Notes: generated by a model not told the origin, from the sequence alone. Positions 1 through 10,358 are shown, numbered from the stretch's first letter. The stretch is 64,000 bases of DNA from Bdellovibrionales bacterium (GCA_965262715.1 OZ253553.1:2784001-2848000); one strand, 5' to 3'. Numbers and translations: made by a program.

Positions 1-138
1 CTTCTTCATCAAAGAGGCAAAAAATTATGTGTTATGAAAGTCATACTTTAAAAGAAATCAGAGACATTTTACTTCCTAAGTTTTTATCAGGAGAAATCAC
101 CGCCTCTAAGATCAAAATAGGTGAAGCTAGATGTTAAA
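1..138 (+). pseudogene. hsdS: 3' end of type I R-M specificity subunit (HsdS); partial at window edge
   Basis: Translates ...TLKEIRDILLPKFLSGEITASKIKIGEARC*, the typical HsdS C-terminal RDxLLPKLxSGEI motif; similar to 2590-2660. Confidence 0.7.
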
Positions 139-376
139 TATAAAAAGTGTAAAAAATGTAGATATATGGAATCCAGAGCAACAGTGCTGGACTAGTTATT
201 TGAATGAAGTGCCAGAAAATGGTAAAGTAGAAATTTCAGTAGAAGAAGGATTCCAATTTCAAATATTAAACAAGAACAGTGAAAAAATCAAATCTTCAAA
301 TCATACTTTCACTGCAAAGTTTTTTACATGGCTTATCAACAAAAAAAATACTCTCAATTGCTCACTGATGCATTGA
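131..376 (+). CDS. Hypothetical protein or fragment between hsdS and hsdR remnants
   Basis: 81 aa ORF overlapping the hsdS stop; no recognisable motif. Confidence 0.3.
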   Translation: MLNIKSVKNVDIWNPEQQCWTSYLNEVPENGKVEISVEEGFQFQILNKNSEKIKSSNHTFTAKFFTWLINKKNTLNCSLMH

Positions 377-765
377 ACAAGTATAGAAACCGCAGCATTG
401 AGACATCTCAAGTCATTGAGGAACTAATACAAATGGCTAAAGACTTTAGAACAGAAAAAGATAGAGGACAAAATCTTGGGTTGAACAATGATGAATTAGT
501 CTTTTACGATGCTCTTTCTGATAACGATTCTGCAAAAGAAGTCTTAGGAGATGAAATCCTTAAAAAAATGGCTCATGAACTTACAGAGCAATTGAGAAAA
601 AGTGTAACAATCGATTGGGCTAAAAGAGAAAGTGTGCGTGCTAATATTCGGCTCAAAATTAGAAGATTATTAAAAAAATATAAGTATCCACCTGACAAAG
701 AAGATGCTGCTGTAAAGTTAGTGCTTGAACAAGCAGAAACTTTATCCCAAAGCTGGATCCATTAA
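328..765 (+). pseudogene. hsdR: C-terminal fragment of type I R-M endonuclease HsdR (DUF3387-like)
   Basis: YRNRSI..LGLxxDELxFYDAL..SVTIDWxxRESVRAxIR..KYKYPPD motifs; only 145 aa of a ~1000 aa protein. Confidence 0.85.
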
Positions 766-823
766 TGAAAATAGGGTTGTATAAATGTATGTATTGTACA
801 AGTCATATAATGATACGAGTACA

Positions 824-997
824 TTATTGGCACTTGCTTTGAATTTGCAGAACTTCTTTTTCTGAAAGCCCTGTTGCTTTACTTATGGCTTGTATATCCA
901 TATCAGTTGTCTTTAAAAGATTTACAGCAACTTTCTGCAAACCTTCCTGTAGACCTTCTTGCCTTATACGATCTCTCATCATTTGTAATGGTGGCAT
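824..997 (-). CDS. Putative intragenic small protein (RpnS-like antitoxin), 57 aa
   Basis: Internal SD AAAGGAG 9 nt before in-frame ATG (MPPLQMMRD...); the same arrangement is in all three copies. Confidence 0.55.
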   Translation of the reverse strand: MPPLQMMRDRIRQEGLQEGLQKVAVNLLKTTDMDIQAISKATGLSEKEVLQIQSKCQ

Positions 998-1816
998 TGT
1001 TCTCTTCTCCTTTGATACATTCTTTTCTTCTATCTCTTGTAAAGTATTCCAAGTAAAGTTTGGATCACAAAGTCTCACACAATCAACTGCCCTGTCCATT
1101 AAAAAAATACGGTCTTCTTTACTGGCAAGCTTATTGGACAACTTAAACAAATCTCCAATGACCTGCTCATCTAAGTTCCACACACTCTTTAGTATAAACA
1201 AAATCGTCCCAGATAGCAAGTCCTTTGAGCTTAATTCCCTCATTCCTAAATCATTTAAGTTTAATAATCTATACTTATAATTTAAAACATTCTCACCGAA
1301 AGCCTTTTTAAGCTCTAAAGACTTAAAATTCAAGTAATCATGGAAGCTCAAAGGTAAATTCCATCCACTTTTACCAGAGTAAACCAATACAGGGATCACT
1401 ATGGATGGAGCTTTACGTTTTCCACTCTTAACATCTTTACTGTCTTTCTCATAAATACTTGCTTGATACTTAAGAAACTGTAAAAAAATATCTGAGTCAT
1501 TATAGGATTTATGCTCAAAAAGAAAAATAATTTCTACAATCTCTTCTGACTCTTTCATCTTCACTGAAAAAATCACATCAGCTCTCTGCTCCCTAAAAAC
1601 CTGATCTACAAAAACAGTCACCTTTGACTGTAGAGTCTTCCAATCAAAAAGATCAAACTCTGCAGGAGTTAAAACTAAACGAAACAAGTCTAAAACATAT
1701 CGCTCCTTGCTATAAACTTCATAAAATAAATGATTGAAAATATGAAAAACTTCACGTTTTAACTCCTGTTTGTTTTTTGGAAGCTTTACCTTTTTATACT
1801 TAGATCTGACCATCAC
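824..1816 (-). CDS. Rpn/YhgA-family PD-(D/E)XK nuclease (family 1, copy 1)
   Basis: RADVIF...LFEHKS motif, VIPVLVYSG, (EGLQ)n repeat, C-terminal IxKATGLS helix. Confidence 0.9.
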   Translation of the reverse strand: MMVRSKYKKVKLPKNKQELKREVFHIFNHLFYEVYSKERYVLDLFRLVLTPAEFDLFDWKTLQSKVTVFVDQVFREQRADVIFSVKMKESEEIVEIIFLFEHKSYNDSDIFLQFLKYQASIYEKDSKDVKSGKRKAPSIVIPVLVYSGKSGWNLPLSFHDYLNFKSLELKKAFGENVLNYKYRLLNLNDLGMRELSSKDLLSGTILFILKSVWNLDEQVIGDLFKLSNKLASKEDRIFLMDRAVDCVRLCDPNFTWNTLQEIEEKNVSKEKRTMPPLQMMRDRIRQEGLQEGLQKVAVNLLKTTDMDIQAISKATGLSEKEVLQIQSKCQ

Positions 1817-1844
1817 AAAACCCCTTAACTAGCTATGAACCTTA

Positions 1845-2000
1845 TTATAAAAAATGTGTGAGTAGTGATTTTAAAGCCTCTTCATTGCCTTTAAAATAGG
1901 TTTTAAAAGCTGCGTCATTTGTTAATTTTAAAAAATGAGTTTCTTTTAAAAATTCATTAATATCTGAGAACTGCTTTTTATCATTATGGTTAGATTTCAT
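1845..2000 (-). CDS. Unannotated 51-aa ORF upstream of Rpn (MKSNHND...LKLTNDAAFKTYFKGNEEALKSLLTHFL)
   Basis: Strong SD AGGAGG; homologues at 8417-8566 and split at 12306-12387/13727-13797; synonymous differences between copies. Confidence 0.65.
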   Translation of the reverse strand: MKSNHNDKKQFSDINEFLKETHFLKLTNDAAFKTYFKGNEEALKSLLTHFL

Positions 2001-2044
2001 ATCGCTTATACCCTCCTAAAATAAAAATATCTGATAGGAATACC

Positions 2045-2061
2045 AGCAAAACACATGCCAA
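2045..2061 (-). promoter_or_regulatory. Sigma-54 (-24/-12) promoter
   Basis: TTGGCATGTGTTTTGCT matches the TGGCA-N6-TTGC core with correct GG/GC spacing. Confidence 0.75.
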
Positions 2062-2108
2062 GCTAAAAGCAAGGATAAACAAGGTTTCAGACTTAAAACA
2101 CGAGATAT

Positions 2109-2146
2109 TGTCCAACAACTTAGACATCGAATCCGGATTTCATACA
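2109..2146. promoter_or_regulatory. Palindromic candidate enhancer site; marks the end of the conserved module
   Basis: TGTCCAACAACTTAGACA plus AATCCGGATT; conserved at 8672 and 13903, related at 34670 and 36073. Confidence 0.5.
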
Positions 2147-2410
2147 TTTATTTTATTTGTTTTTGTAAGGCATACTTATTTAAAGTTTTTATTTAATGTT
2201 GAAAGATTAACTCTTAAGAGGATTAAAAAGAGGCCTTTATTGTCAAAAGAACTTGCCAGAAAACTCACTAGCACGAAGCTAAATATTTAAAATTTATTTT
2301 TTATATCTTTGCGTAAAAATTTGAAATAAGTCCTAAGCTTTAGTATCTTTTATAAGGGTTTGTATTTTTTAAACAAAAGACAACAAGAAAGAAATTAGAC
2401 TAAGAGAATT

Positions 2411-2668
2411 ATGACAAAGGTGCAACCATTAACAGGCATAGAAAAAGAGCTATGGCAAGCAGCAGATATCTTACCTCAATATAAAATACCATTGGTAAGC
2501 ATTAAGATTTTAAGTAATTTCAATAGGGTAGTCACATCATTTTTTGAAAAAATAAAAAAGAATAGTGTTGAAAGTTCCTATCTTGAAGGTTGCCGAGACA
2601 TTTTACTTCCCAAGACTTTATCAGGGGAAATCGCCGTCTCCAAAATCAAAACAAAGGGGAAATTATGA
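2411..2668 (+). pseudogene. In-frame deletion fusion of HsdM N-terminus and HsdS C-terminus
   Basis: IEKELWQAADIL (HsdM start) joined to ...CRDILLPKTLSGEI (HsdS end). Confidence 0.75.
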
Positions 2669-3702
2669 ATACTCTTGAATATAGATGTCCAATATGGAGC
2701 AATTCAAATGAACAACAAACATTTGATGCTAAGTGTTCATATAATAAAAATAAAGGGTGGTATGAAGTGGATTCACCAAGAGCTGGAGGTAAATATCGCA
2801 TCTTATGTGAAACTGACAAGAAGCTTAATCCCTTACTTGGAGACTCAGGTAATATAGATGTTATTATGCGTCAAATAAGTAATGGTTTTAGAGCAAAGCT
2901 TACTACATGGCTCATTGAAAAAAGAAAACAAGTAGATGAAAGTCCTTTGATTGATGATGAAGTATTAGAACAGATTGATAATAAGAAATATCTTCCTATA
3001 CAAGAAAGAATTAATAATGTTTTAAAATATATCTACGAAAAAAATCAGGAACATAAAGACAAATATCCACATTTTTCTGAATTCCCCATAAATGTTGATC
3101 AGCTAAAAGCCTATTCAGAATGTGCCAATAATAATGATTGGCGGATTATATTCAATTATTTAAAACAAAACCAACTTGTCAACATAAATGGTAATCAACT
3201 TACGGAACAATTAGAGATTACATTGGATGTCAAAGGATTAGAAAGATTAGAATCTCTTGAAACTAATAAAGATAGCAGACAAGCCTTTGTTGCCATGTGG
3301 TTTGATGAAAGCATGAATGATATTTATGATGAAGCCATACAGCCAGCTATTGAAGAATTGGGTTATCAGGCAATGAGGATTGATAGAAAAGAGCATAACA
3401 ATAAAATTGATGATGAGATCATAGCAGAAATTAAAAGATCAAGGTTTTTAATTGCTGATTTTTCACATGGTGAGGATGGCATAAGAGGAGGTGTTTATTA
3501 TGAAGCTGGTTTTGCTCACGGCTTAGGTATTCCGGTTATTTTTACTTGTCGCAAAGACGATAAAGATAATTTGCATTTTGACACTCGTCAGTTCAATCAT
3601 ATTATTTGGAAAGATGCGGAAGATTTAAAAAAGCAGCTAAAAGATCGCATAGGAGCAACCCTTCGCAATGACCCCTTAAAACCAATAAATCACAAACTAT
3701 GA
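2665..3702 (+). CDS. Protein with C-terminal nucleoside 2-deoxyribosyltransferase/TIR-like domain; probable defence effector
   Basis: QAFVAMWF...IDDEIIAEIKRSRFLIADFS...GGVYYEAGFAHGLG motif; ATG at 2665 with SD, overlapping the hsdS stop (ATGA). Confidence 0.7.
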   Translation: MNTLEYRCPIWSNSNEQQTFDAKCSYNKNKGWYEVDSPRAGGKYRILCETDKKLNPLLGDSGNIDVIMRQISNGFRAKLTTWLIEKRKQVDESPLIDDEVLEQIDNKKYLPIQERINNVLKYIYEKNQEHKDKYPHFSEFPINVDQLKAYSECANNNDWRIIFNYLKQNQLVNINGNQLTEQLEITLDVKGLERLESLETNKDSRQAFVAMWFDESMNDIYDEAIQPAIEELGYQAMRIDRKEHNNKIDDEIIAEIKRSRFLIADFSHGEDGIRGGVYYEAGFAHGLGIPVIFTCRKDDKDNLHFDTRQFNHIIWKDAEDLKKQLKDRIGATLRNDPLKPINHKL

Positions 3703-4139
3703 TTAGAGAATTTAAAGTAATTGTCTTTTAATAATCTCTAAATATTTTTATAGAACATATCTAAGATTTTTGTACTAAATCTTTAGGGAATTCAACTTTA
3801 ACTAAAATCAAATATGAAAGTGAAACAAATAACTTTTTAGTATAATGGCATAATACTTTTCTTTATTACAATAAAGGAAAATATTCATTGTAAAATATGG
3901 TTTAAAGAAGGTCTACGTTGAAAATAGACTAGTTTTTCACTGCAAAGTGTAATAATATAATCAAAAAATATAAAGCATAAAAAACACTTATAATTAGAGA
4001 TAAATGCTTTAAAACAAACTTTGAAATTCTTTTTCTTTGTAGATAGTTTTATAGCTAAAACAAATTTGACATCTTGCAGTATGATTTAACTTAATATTGA
4101 TGTTAAAAACACAATATATAAAATAAAAAGGAGTAGAAC

Positions 4140-4670
4140 ATGATTAGTCAAGAAGATAAAAGAACAAATGCTCTTTTTGAGCATTTTATTGATCAGATCT
4201 TTTCATGGTACACAGATAAACACAAAAAAAATGATAATGACTTAAGTAAAATGAAAATTATTAAATTACATTTTTTTGTATGCAGCTTAAATAATATTTT
4301 GCTAGGAAAATATAAATTTCTTGCTATGAGATATGGTCCTGTTTGTGGAGAATTGCTAGAAGCTATAAATAGTGATTCATTAAATACCTTTAGAATTACA
4401 AATCTTAACTTAGAAAAAAAAGACTCTGAGCTTCTAATTATTAATAAAAAAGAAGACTTAGACGTAAAAGAGGCTTATAATCAAGCAATAGAAAAACTAA
4501 AAAATATCAATAATGATATTATCGATTTTAGTGCTTTTGACTTAGTTAAAATATCTCATGGATGGCATTCTTGGCAGATTGCTTGGGATATTGCTAAAGA
4601 TATTGGTAAAGAGGTTTATGAAATGAACTCTGATAAAATTAAAAGCGATCCGCTAAGATCCTATGCATAA
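4140..4670 (+). CDS. Panacea-domain (DUF4065/SocA-like) antitoxin
   Basis: KIIKLHFF, AMRYGPV, SAFDLVKISH..W motifs. Confidence 0.75.
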   Translation: MISQEDKRTNALFEHFIDQIFSWYTDKHKKNDNDLSKMKIIKLHFFVCSLNNILLGKYKFLAMRYGPVCGELLEAINSDSLNTFRITNLNLEKKDSELLIINKKEDLDVKEAYNQAIEKLKNINNDIIDFSAFDLVKISHGWHSWQIAWDIAKDIGKEVYEMNSDKIKSDPLRSYA

Positions 4671-4725
4671 ATTTTTCTAAGATTTTTACACTAAACTTGA
4701 AGAGTTTCATCAAGATCTAAACAAA

Positions 4726-6630
4726 GTGAAGATTCAAGATCTTGATGAGAAAAAATACACTGAACTGAAAGATAGTGCTTCAAGCTTATTTACTGATTTA
4801 TTTATTCTCTTAATTAAGTTCTTTTTAAAAGGTGTATTTACTAAGATCCCATCAGATAAACTAGAAAAAGATTTAGAAGATCTTAAAACATCTTTATTTT
4901 CTATTGAAACACCTTTTATCTCTTTAAGAGAAGATCGAGACCAGTATGCAAAAAAATGGCAAAAGACTATTTCAGACTATTTTGGATATATAAGCCATGC
5001 TTTTGAGGCTGCCTTATACTTTAATTCTCTTTGTCTTAATATACAAAATAAAAAGTATGTTAATCCAAATACAAACATAGAACAAGATTCAATTATTTCT
5101 AAAGAAGATAAAACTATGGATATGAAAAATGCTTTAAATAATGTTATAAGGCTTACTTACTATGATTTTGAATTTGCTATGAATGGAGGTTCAGAGTATT
5201 TAATTAAAAGACTATGTGAAATAATTTATTTGTTTCAAGATGGGAAAGAAGATTTTCATCAATTAACTTTAGAGAAGACTAGGTTTTTACTGAAGAAAGC
5301 TCTGCTTTTCCATAAAAGAGAAGGAAGAAAAGAGTTTCTTGTATTTATTAAAGATGAAAGTTTTAAGTGTGAAGATATTTTGAAGGAATCAGCTTTATCA
5401 AAAAAAACTAAAAATTTATGTGAGTTGATATCAATATATGAAAAAGATAAATTAGACAATGATAGCCTCAGTGATCTTAATGCTTTGAAAAATACCTTTG
5501 AAGGATTAAATTTAAAATCTATAGAAAACTACATAGAAGTAAAAATCTTAAAAGATTCAGCTTCTATGAAATCTGATATTGACACCATGATTGAATCGAT
5601 AAAAAGAATAAAAACTATAGGTGAAAATTTGCCTGAAAGGAATGAAAATTCTGAATTTGATACCATTGTCTTAAAAATAAATAAAATTTTTATTTTCAAC
5701 AACCTCATTTCTCTCTCTGATGAGCTTATGGAGCATATCAATAAAGGAGAGAGTGTTTTTTTTGAGAATATAGATAAAAGAATTAAAGAAGTATATGAGA
5801 TTGTAACAAATGTTATAAATCAAATTGAAAATAAATTAGAAAACAATGAAAACTATTTCACCTATTATAAATACTCAAAATTCCTATGTAATTATTATCA
5901 ATATCAACTTTTGAAAAAATCTCCTAAAGAAGTTAAAAATATTCATAATAAGATAGAAGTATTTACACATAAAGCTTCAGAGTTATTTTATAAGGTTCAT
6001 GATAAATTTCAGAAATATAGATTGAAGCAAAATGAGTCTTTTATTGGGGATCAAGATAAAAAAGTATTTGTCTACTCTTCAATAAATCTTCCATTTAATA
6101 ACTCTGAGCAACAGACATTGATTGATGTACAAAATGTCAAAGCAAATACTATTGATATTGATGTAAAAGCACGAAAACTTGATCAAAAAACAAAAGACTT
6201 TGATCGAAAAGCCAAAGACCTTGATCAAAAAACAAAAGAAGTGAAAAAAGATGTACAAGAAGTTAATAAAAGATCAACAGGAGTTTTTGCTTTTTTCTCT
6301 GTGATTGTCCTTTTTGCTGCAGGATCCTTTCAGTCATTAGCCCACCTAGATGACATTCATAAAGTTGTAATTATGTTAAGTCTTGTTGGTGTATTTGCAG
6401 GCCTGCTTTTTTTGTCGTTTTACTTTATTATTCAAGAGCGAGAGCCTATAAGCTGTTGGCGATTTTTTACTATACTTGTGATGTACATTCTCATCTATCT
6501 GGGTATTATTGCTTCTTCACAATTTCTGCCAAAATGGTTTGAAGCTCTTGTATCAAGCAACAAAGAAGAACAAGTACATAAACCTGTTTCTTCTCAAACA
6601 ACGATTAAATCAAAAAAGAATAATCTATAA
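4726..6630 (+). CDS. Hypothetical helical protein with C-terminal transmembrane segments; candidate Panacea partner
   Basis: 634 aa; short coiled repeat (LDQKTKD) then three hydrophobic segments. Confidence 0.7.
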   Translation: MKIQDLDEKKYTELKDSASSLFTDLFILLIKFFLKGVFTKIPSDKLEKDLEDLKTSLFSIETPFISLREDRDQYAKKWQKTISDYFGYISHAFEAALYFNSLCLNIQNKKYVNPNTNIEQDSIISKEDKTMDMKNALNNVIRLTYYDFEFAMNGGSEYLIKRLCEIIYLFQDGKEDFHQLTLEKTRFLLKKALLFHKREGRKEFLVFIKDESFKCEDILKESALSKKTKNLCELISIYEKDKLDNDSLSDLNALKNTFEGLNLKSIENYIEVKILKDSASMKSDIDTMIESIKRIKTIGENLPERNENSEFDTIVLKINKIFIFNNLISLSDELMEHINKGESVFFENIDKRIKEVYEIVTNVINQIENKLENNENYFTYYKYSKFLCNYYQYQLLKKSPKEVKNIHNKIEVFTHKASELFYKVHDKFQKYRLKQNESFIGDQDKKVFVYSSINLPFNNSEQQTLIDVQNVKANTIDIDVKARKLDQKTKDFDRKAKDLDQKTKEVKKDVQEVNKRSTGVFAFFSVIVLFAAGSFQSLAHLDDIHKVVIMLSLVGVFAGLLFLSFYFIIQEREPISCWRFFTILVMYILIYLGIIASSQFLPKWFEALVSSNKEEQVHKPVSSQTTIKSKKNNL

Positions 6631-6773
6631 CCTTATTAAAATACTCTAAAAAGATTGACTGGAAATAAAAGTGGTTTTATAAGTCAAGTCTTTCTTAACT
6701 CAAAGAAATAAAAGATATATTTGAAATACAATTTTATTAAAATGAATCAATAGAAATATAAGGATACTAAAAG

Positions 6774-6938
6774 ATGTCTGACCTTAAATTGTTTTGGAAA
6801 TATTTTAAAAATACAGCTTGGTTTTGGCAAATAATGGCAACTGCTGCTATTCCTTTCTATTTCATGTACAGAGATCAAAAACTTAAAAAAGCTCAACTGA
6901 AGCATATATCAGAAGTAGTCTCTAATTTTATTGAGTAG
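6774..6938 (+). CDS. Small putative membrane protein or fragment (54 aa)
   Basis: MSDLKLFWKYFKNTAWFWQIMATAAIPFYFMY...; weak SD. Confidence 0.3.
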   Translation: MSDLKLFWKYFKNTAWFWQIMATAAIPFYFMYRDQKLKKAQLKHISEVVSNFIE

Positions 6939-7008
6939 CATCAAATTTGATTAATAACTCAAGTGGTATTTTCTTAAGAACACTTATTTAATGAAATTTC
7001 TAATGTTC

Positions 7009-7104
7009 TGAGGTGTACCTTTTATTTGGAGGATCCGTTCCATAATTTACCCACTGCTGAGATTCCGATTGTTGTTAATTCTCCTGTTTTCCATTTAACT
7101 TCAA
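7009..7104 (-). mobile_element. Isolated terminal fragment of the IS3-family element
   Basis: Near-identical to 38003-38098 (TGAGGTGTACC...). Confidence 0.85.
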
Positions 7105-7309
7105 TAAAACGATGGCGCATGAACTTACAGAGCAATTGAGAAAAAGTGTAATAATCGATTGGGCTAAAAGAAAAAGCGTACGTGCAGGTATTCGACTTAA
7201 AATTAGAACATTATTAAAGAAATACAAATATCCACCTGACAAACGAGATACTGCTATACAACTGGTACTTGAGCAAGCAGAAACTTTATCACAAAGCTGG
7301 ATCCATTAA
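7105..7309 (+). pseudogene. hsdR: Second HsdR C-terminal fragment
   Basis: Diverged duplicate of ~562-765. Confidence 0.85.
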
Positions 7310-7367
7310 TGAAAATAGAGTTGTATAAATGTATGTATTGTACAAGTCATATAATGATACGAGTACA

Positions 7368-8388
7368 TTATTGGCACTTGCTTTGAATTTGCAAGACTTC
7401 TTTTTCTGAAAGCCCTGTTGCTTTACTTATGGCTTGTATATCCATATCAGTTGTCTTTAGAAGATTTATAGCAACTTTCTGCAACCCTTCTTGTAAACCT
7501 TCCTGCAACCCTTCCTGTAGACCTTCTTGCCTTATACGATCTCTCATCATTTGTAATGGTGGCATTGTTCTCTTCTCCTTTGATACATTCTTTTCTTCTA
7601 TCTCTTGTAAAGTATTCCAAGTAAAGTTTGGATCACAAAGTCTCACACAATCAACTGCCCTGTCCATTAAAAAAATACGGTCTTCTTTACTGGCAAGCTT
7701 ATTGGACAACTTAAACAAATCTGAAATGACCTGCTCATCTAAGTTCCATACACTCTTTAGTATAAGCAAAATCGTCCCAGATAGCAAGTCCTTTGAGCCT
7801 AATTCCGCCATTCCTAAATCATTTAAGTTTAATAATCTATACTTATAATTTAAAACATTCTCACCGAAAGCCTTTTTAAGCTCTAAAGACTTAAAATTCA
7901 AATAATCATGGAAGCTCAAAGGCAAATTCCATCCTCTTTTACCAGAGTAAACCAACACAGGGATCACTATGGATGGAGCTTTACGTTTTCCACTCTTAAC
8001 ATCCTATTTTACTGTCTTTCTCATAAATACTTGCTTGATACTTAAGAAGCTGTAAAAAAATATCTGAGTCATTATAGGATTTATGCTCAAAAAGAAAAAT
8101 AATTTCTACAATCTCTTCTGAATCTTTCATCTTCACTGAAAAAATCACATCAGCTCTCTGTTCCCTAAAAATCTGATCTACAAAAACAGTCACTTTTGAC
8201 TGTAGAGTCTTCCAATCAAAAAGATCAAACTCTTCAGGAGTTAAAACCAAACGAAACAAGTCTAAAACATACCGCTCCTTGCTATAAACTTCATAAAATA
8301 AATGATTGAAAATATGAAAAACTTCACGTTTTAACTCCTGTTTGTTTTTTGGAAATTTTGCCTTTTTATACTTAGAACTGACCATCAC
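7368..8388 (-). pseudogene. Rpn nuclease family 1 copy 2, frameshifted
   Basis: 4-bp insertion (CTAT, ~8004-8007) relative to copies 1 and 3 splits the ORF; internal small ORF 7368-7565 is intact. Confidence 0.9.
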
Positions 8389-8416
8389 AAAACCCCTTAA
8401 CTAGCTATGAACCTTA

Positions 8417-8566
8417 TTATAAAAAATGTGTGAGTAGTGATTTTAAAGCCTCTTCATTGCCTTTAAAGTAAGTTTTAAAAGCTGCGTCATTTGTTAATTT
8501 TAAAAAATGAGACTTTTTTAAAAATTCTTCAATATCTAATAAATGATGTTTATTACTTAAACCCAT
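8417..8566 (-). CDS. 49-aa upstream small ORF, copy 2
   Basis: MGLSNKHHLLDIEEFLKKSHFLKLTNDAAFKTYFKGNEEALKSLLTHFL; SD AGGAGG. Confidence 0.65.
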   Translation of the reverse strand: MGLSNKHHLLDIEEFLKKSHFLKLTNDAAFKTYFKGNEEALKSLLTHFL

Positions 8567-8607
8567 AATTTACGCCCTCCTAAAATGAAAAATCTAATAG
8601 GAATACC

Positions 8608-8624
8608 AGCAAAATACATGCCAA
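8608..8624 (-). promoter_or_regulatory. Sigma-54 promoter
   Basis: TTGGCATGTATTTTGCT. Confidence 0.75.
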
Positions 8625-8865
8625 GCTAAAAGCAAGGATAAACAAGGTTTCAGACTTAAAACACGAGATATTGTCCAACAACTTGGACATCGAATCCGGA
8701 TTTCATACATCAAAACTAAATTGAAATAAAATATTTAAATAAAAAAACTGACGCATTATTTCTTCACATTAATATTATTTAGAGACATCATCTAATAGCT
8801 TAAAATAGCTTGTTATATGGAAAGCTATTGTCGTCAATAAAAGTACTATAAATCGAGGAGTAAAA

Positions 8866-9000
8866 ATGACAGAGGATCAACATAGTTTAGAACCTACTAA
8901 TTCAAGTAAAATGAATAAAGAGAATTTAGCAAATAAAAAAATGACCTTTGAGGATTTTGATAAGTTAAATTTAAAGTTGTTTGGAGAAGACATTGTTAAA
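8866..9000 (+). pseudogene. 5' fragment of a KAP NTPase paralogue truncated by an IS30 derivative
   Basis: ~8761-9000 duplicates ~14070-14309, including the start MTEDQHSLE. Confidence 0.85.
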
Positions 9001-9001
9001 G

Positions 9002-9697
9002 CGTAACTTCAAATCACAAGGGAGCTTTAGTGACTCTTGTAGATAGATGCTCTAAGAAGACGAGGATCGTCAAAATGGGATCTAAGAGATCTGAAGCCGT
9101 TTTTCATGCTATTTCTAAAGCTCTTAAAGGAGAGATTGTTCATACGATCACATTAGACAATGGTAAAGAGTTTTCGTGTCATGAGAAGATCAGTGAATAT
9201 ACCGGATGTAAAGTTTATTTTGCACATCCTTACAATTCTTATGAGCGAGGTTTAAATGAGAACACAAATGGTTTAATCCGTCAGTATTTTCCAAAGAAGA
9301 CAGATTTCAGAAAGATCACTCAAAAGGATGTAAAAGAGTTGAAGTTCTTTTAAACCATCGTCCTCGAAAGAGTTTAGGATTTCTAAGTCCTAATGAGTTT
9401 CATAGACAGAAGATGGTTTGCTGAAGTCATTATTAATTCAACGTTATTTAATCCTATATAACAGTTTTTAGTAAGTAAAGCTTGATGTTTATGGCAAAGG
9501 ATCATTCTTCTGCAGAGCTTTAGCTCGAGGACTACGAGACTTTGCCATAAATATCAAAATACATTCATTCAAATTAAATAATTTACAATAATCTTTTATG
9601 ATAATTAAAACTTTGTTGGAATATTAATCCTAAAATGATACAACTTTTAAAAATATCTATAAACACAAAAGAGTTGCACTTACGATTTGAAGTTACA
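9002..9697 (+). mobile_element. Internally deleted IS30-family element
   Basis: Partial IR CGTAACTTCAAATCACAAG joined directly to the transposase C-terminal part (frameshifted); right IR 9671-9697; homologous to 12388-13080. Confidence 0.85.
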
Positions 9698-9716
9698 GTT
9701 AATGAAAATATAGAAA

Positions 9717-10358
9717 ATGAAGAAATATAACAGAAAAACCTTTTTTGAAAATAAAAAATGTCTTGAATATCTAAAACAATTTAGGCAAATAGTTGATGAC
9801 TATTCAAAAAATAGAAAACTAAGTCGATTTGAGTTAAATGAGTTGAGAAGAGAAAATCGGAAACAATATGAAGAATATAATATGAGAGAAACTGTTATAA
9901 ATGAGGATAATTTAAAAAATCTCTGTAAGCAAATCAATGAAAGGTTATCGCTCATTTGTCAAATTATTATTGATTCAGAAATAGATACTTCTATTACATA
10001 TTCATCCTCTTTCACCTCTGGTATGATTGATAAAAGAAGATTCCATCTTTTAGAAAATATCTTTAATTTAGGTACAAAAGGAATTCCATATGATTTTATT
10101 ATTGACAACATAGATTGATCAATAGGGGTTTATAAAAATGATCGAAGGGCATCTATAATAAGAACTTTTAATCCTATTTTTTGGATTAAAGAGCTTCTTG
10201 ACTTTATTGTTGGTATTCCTTTTTATTTCTTAAGAAAATCAGGCTTCAATAGTAGTTTGGAAGAAACTTTTCTAGCAAGAATCATAAAACTTATAATGTA
10301 TCTTGTTTCATTAATATCAGGAGTTTCGTTTATTGTAGATAAATTTTTGGGAATGTAA
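9717..10358 (+). pseudogene. Hypothetical membrane-anchored protein with premature TGA at 10116
   Basis: Frame stays open for another 80 codons (..IRTFNPIFWIKELLDFIVGIPFYFLRKSGF..) to TAA at 10358. Confidence 0.6.

Noticed and set aside
3760..4700. Similar CTAAGATTTTT..ACTAAA strings at ~3761 and ~4677 as attC-like sites
   Set aside because: Short, AT-rich, no convincing attC structure, and no integron integrase in view.
10116..10118. TGA recoding or alternative genetic code
   Set aside because: TGA ends core genes here (rplP, rpsQ, transketolase), so a nonsense mutation is the simpler explanation.
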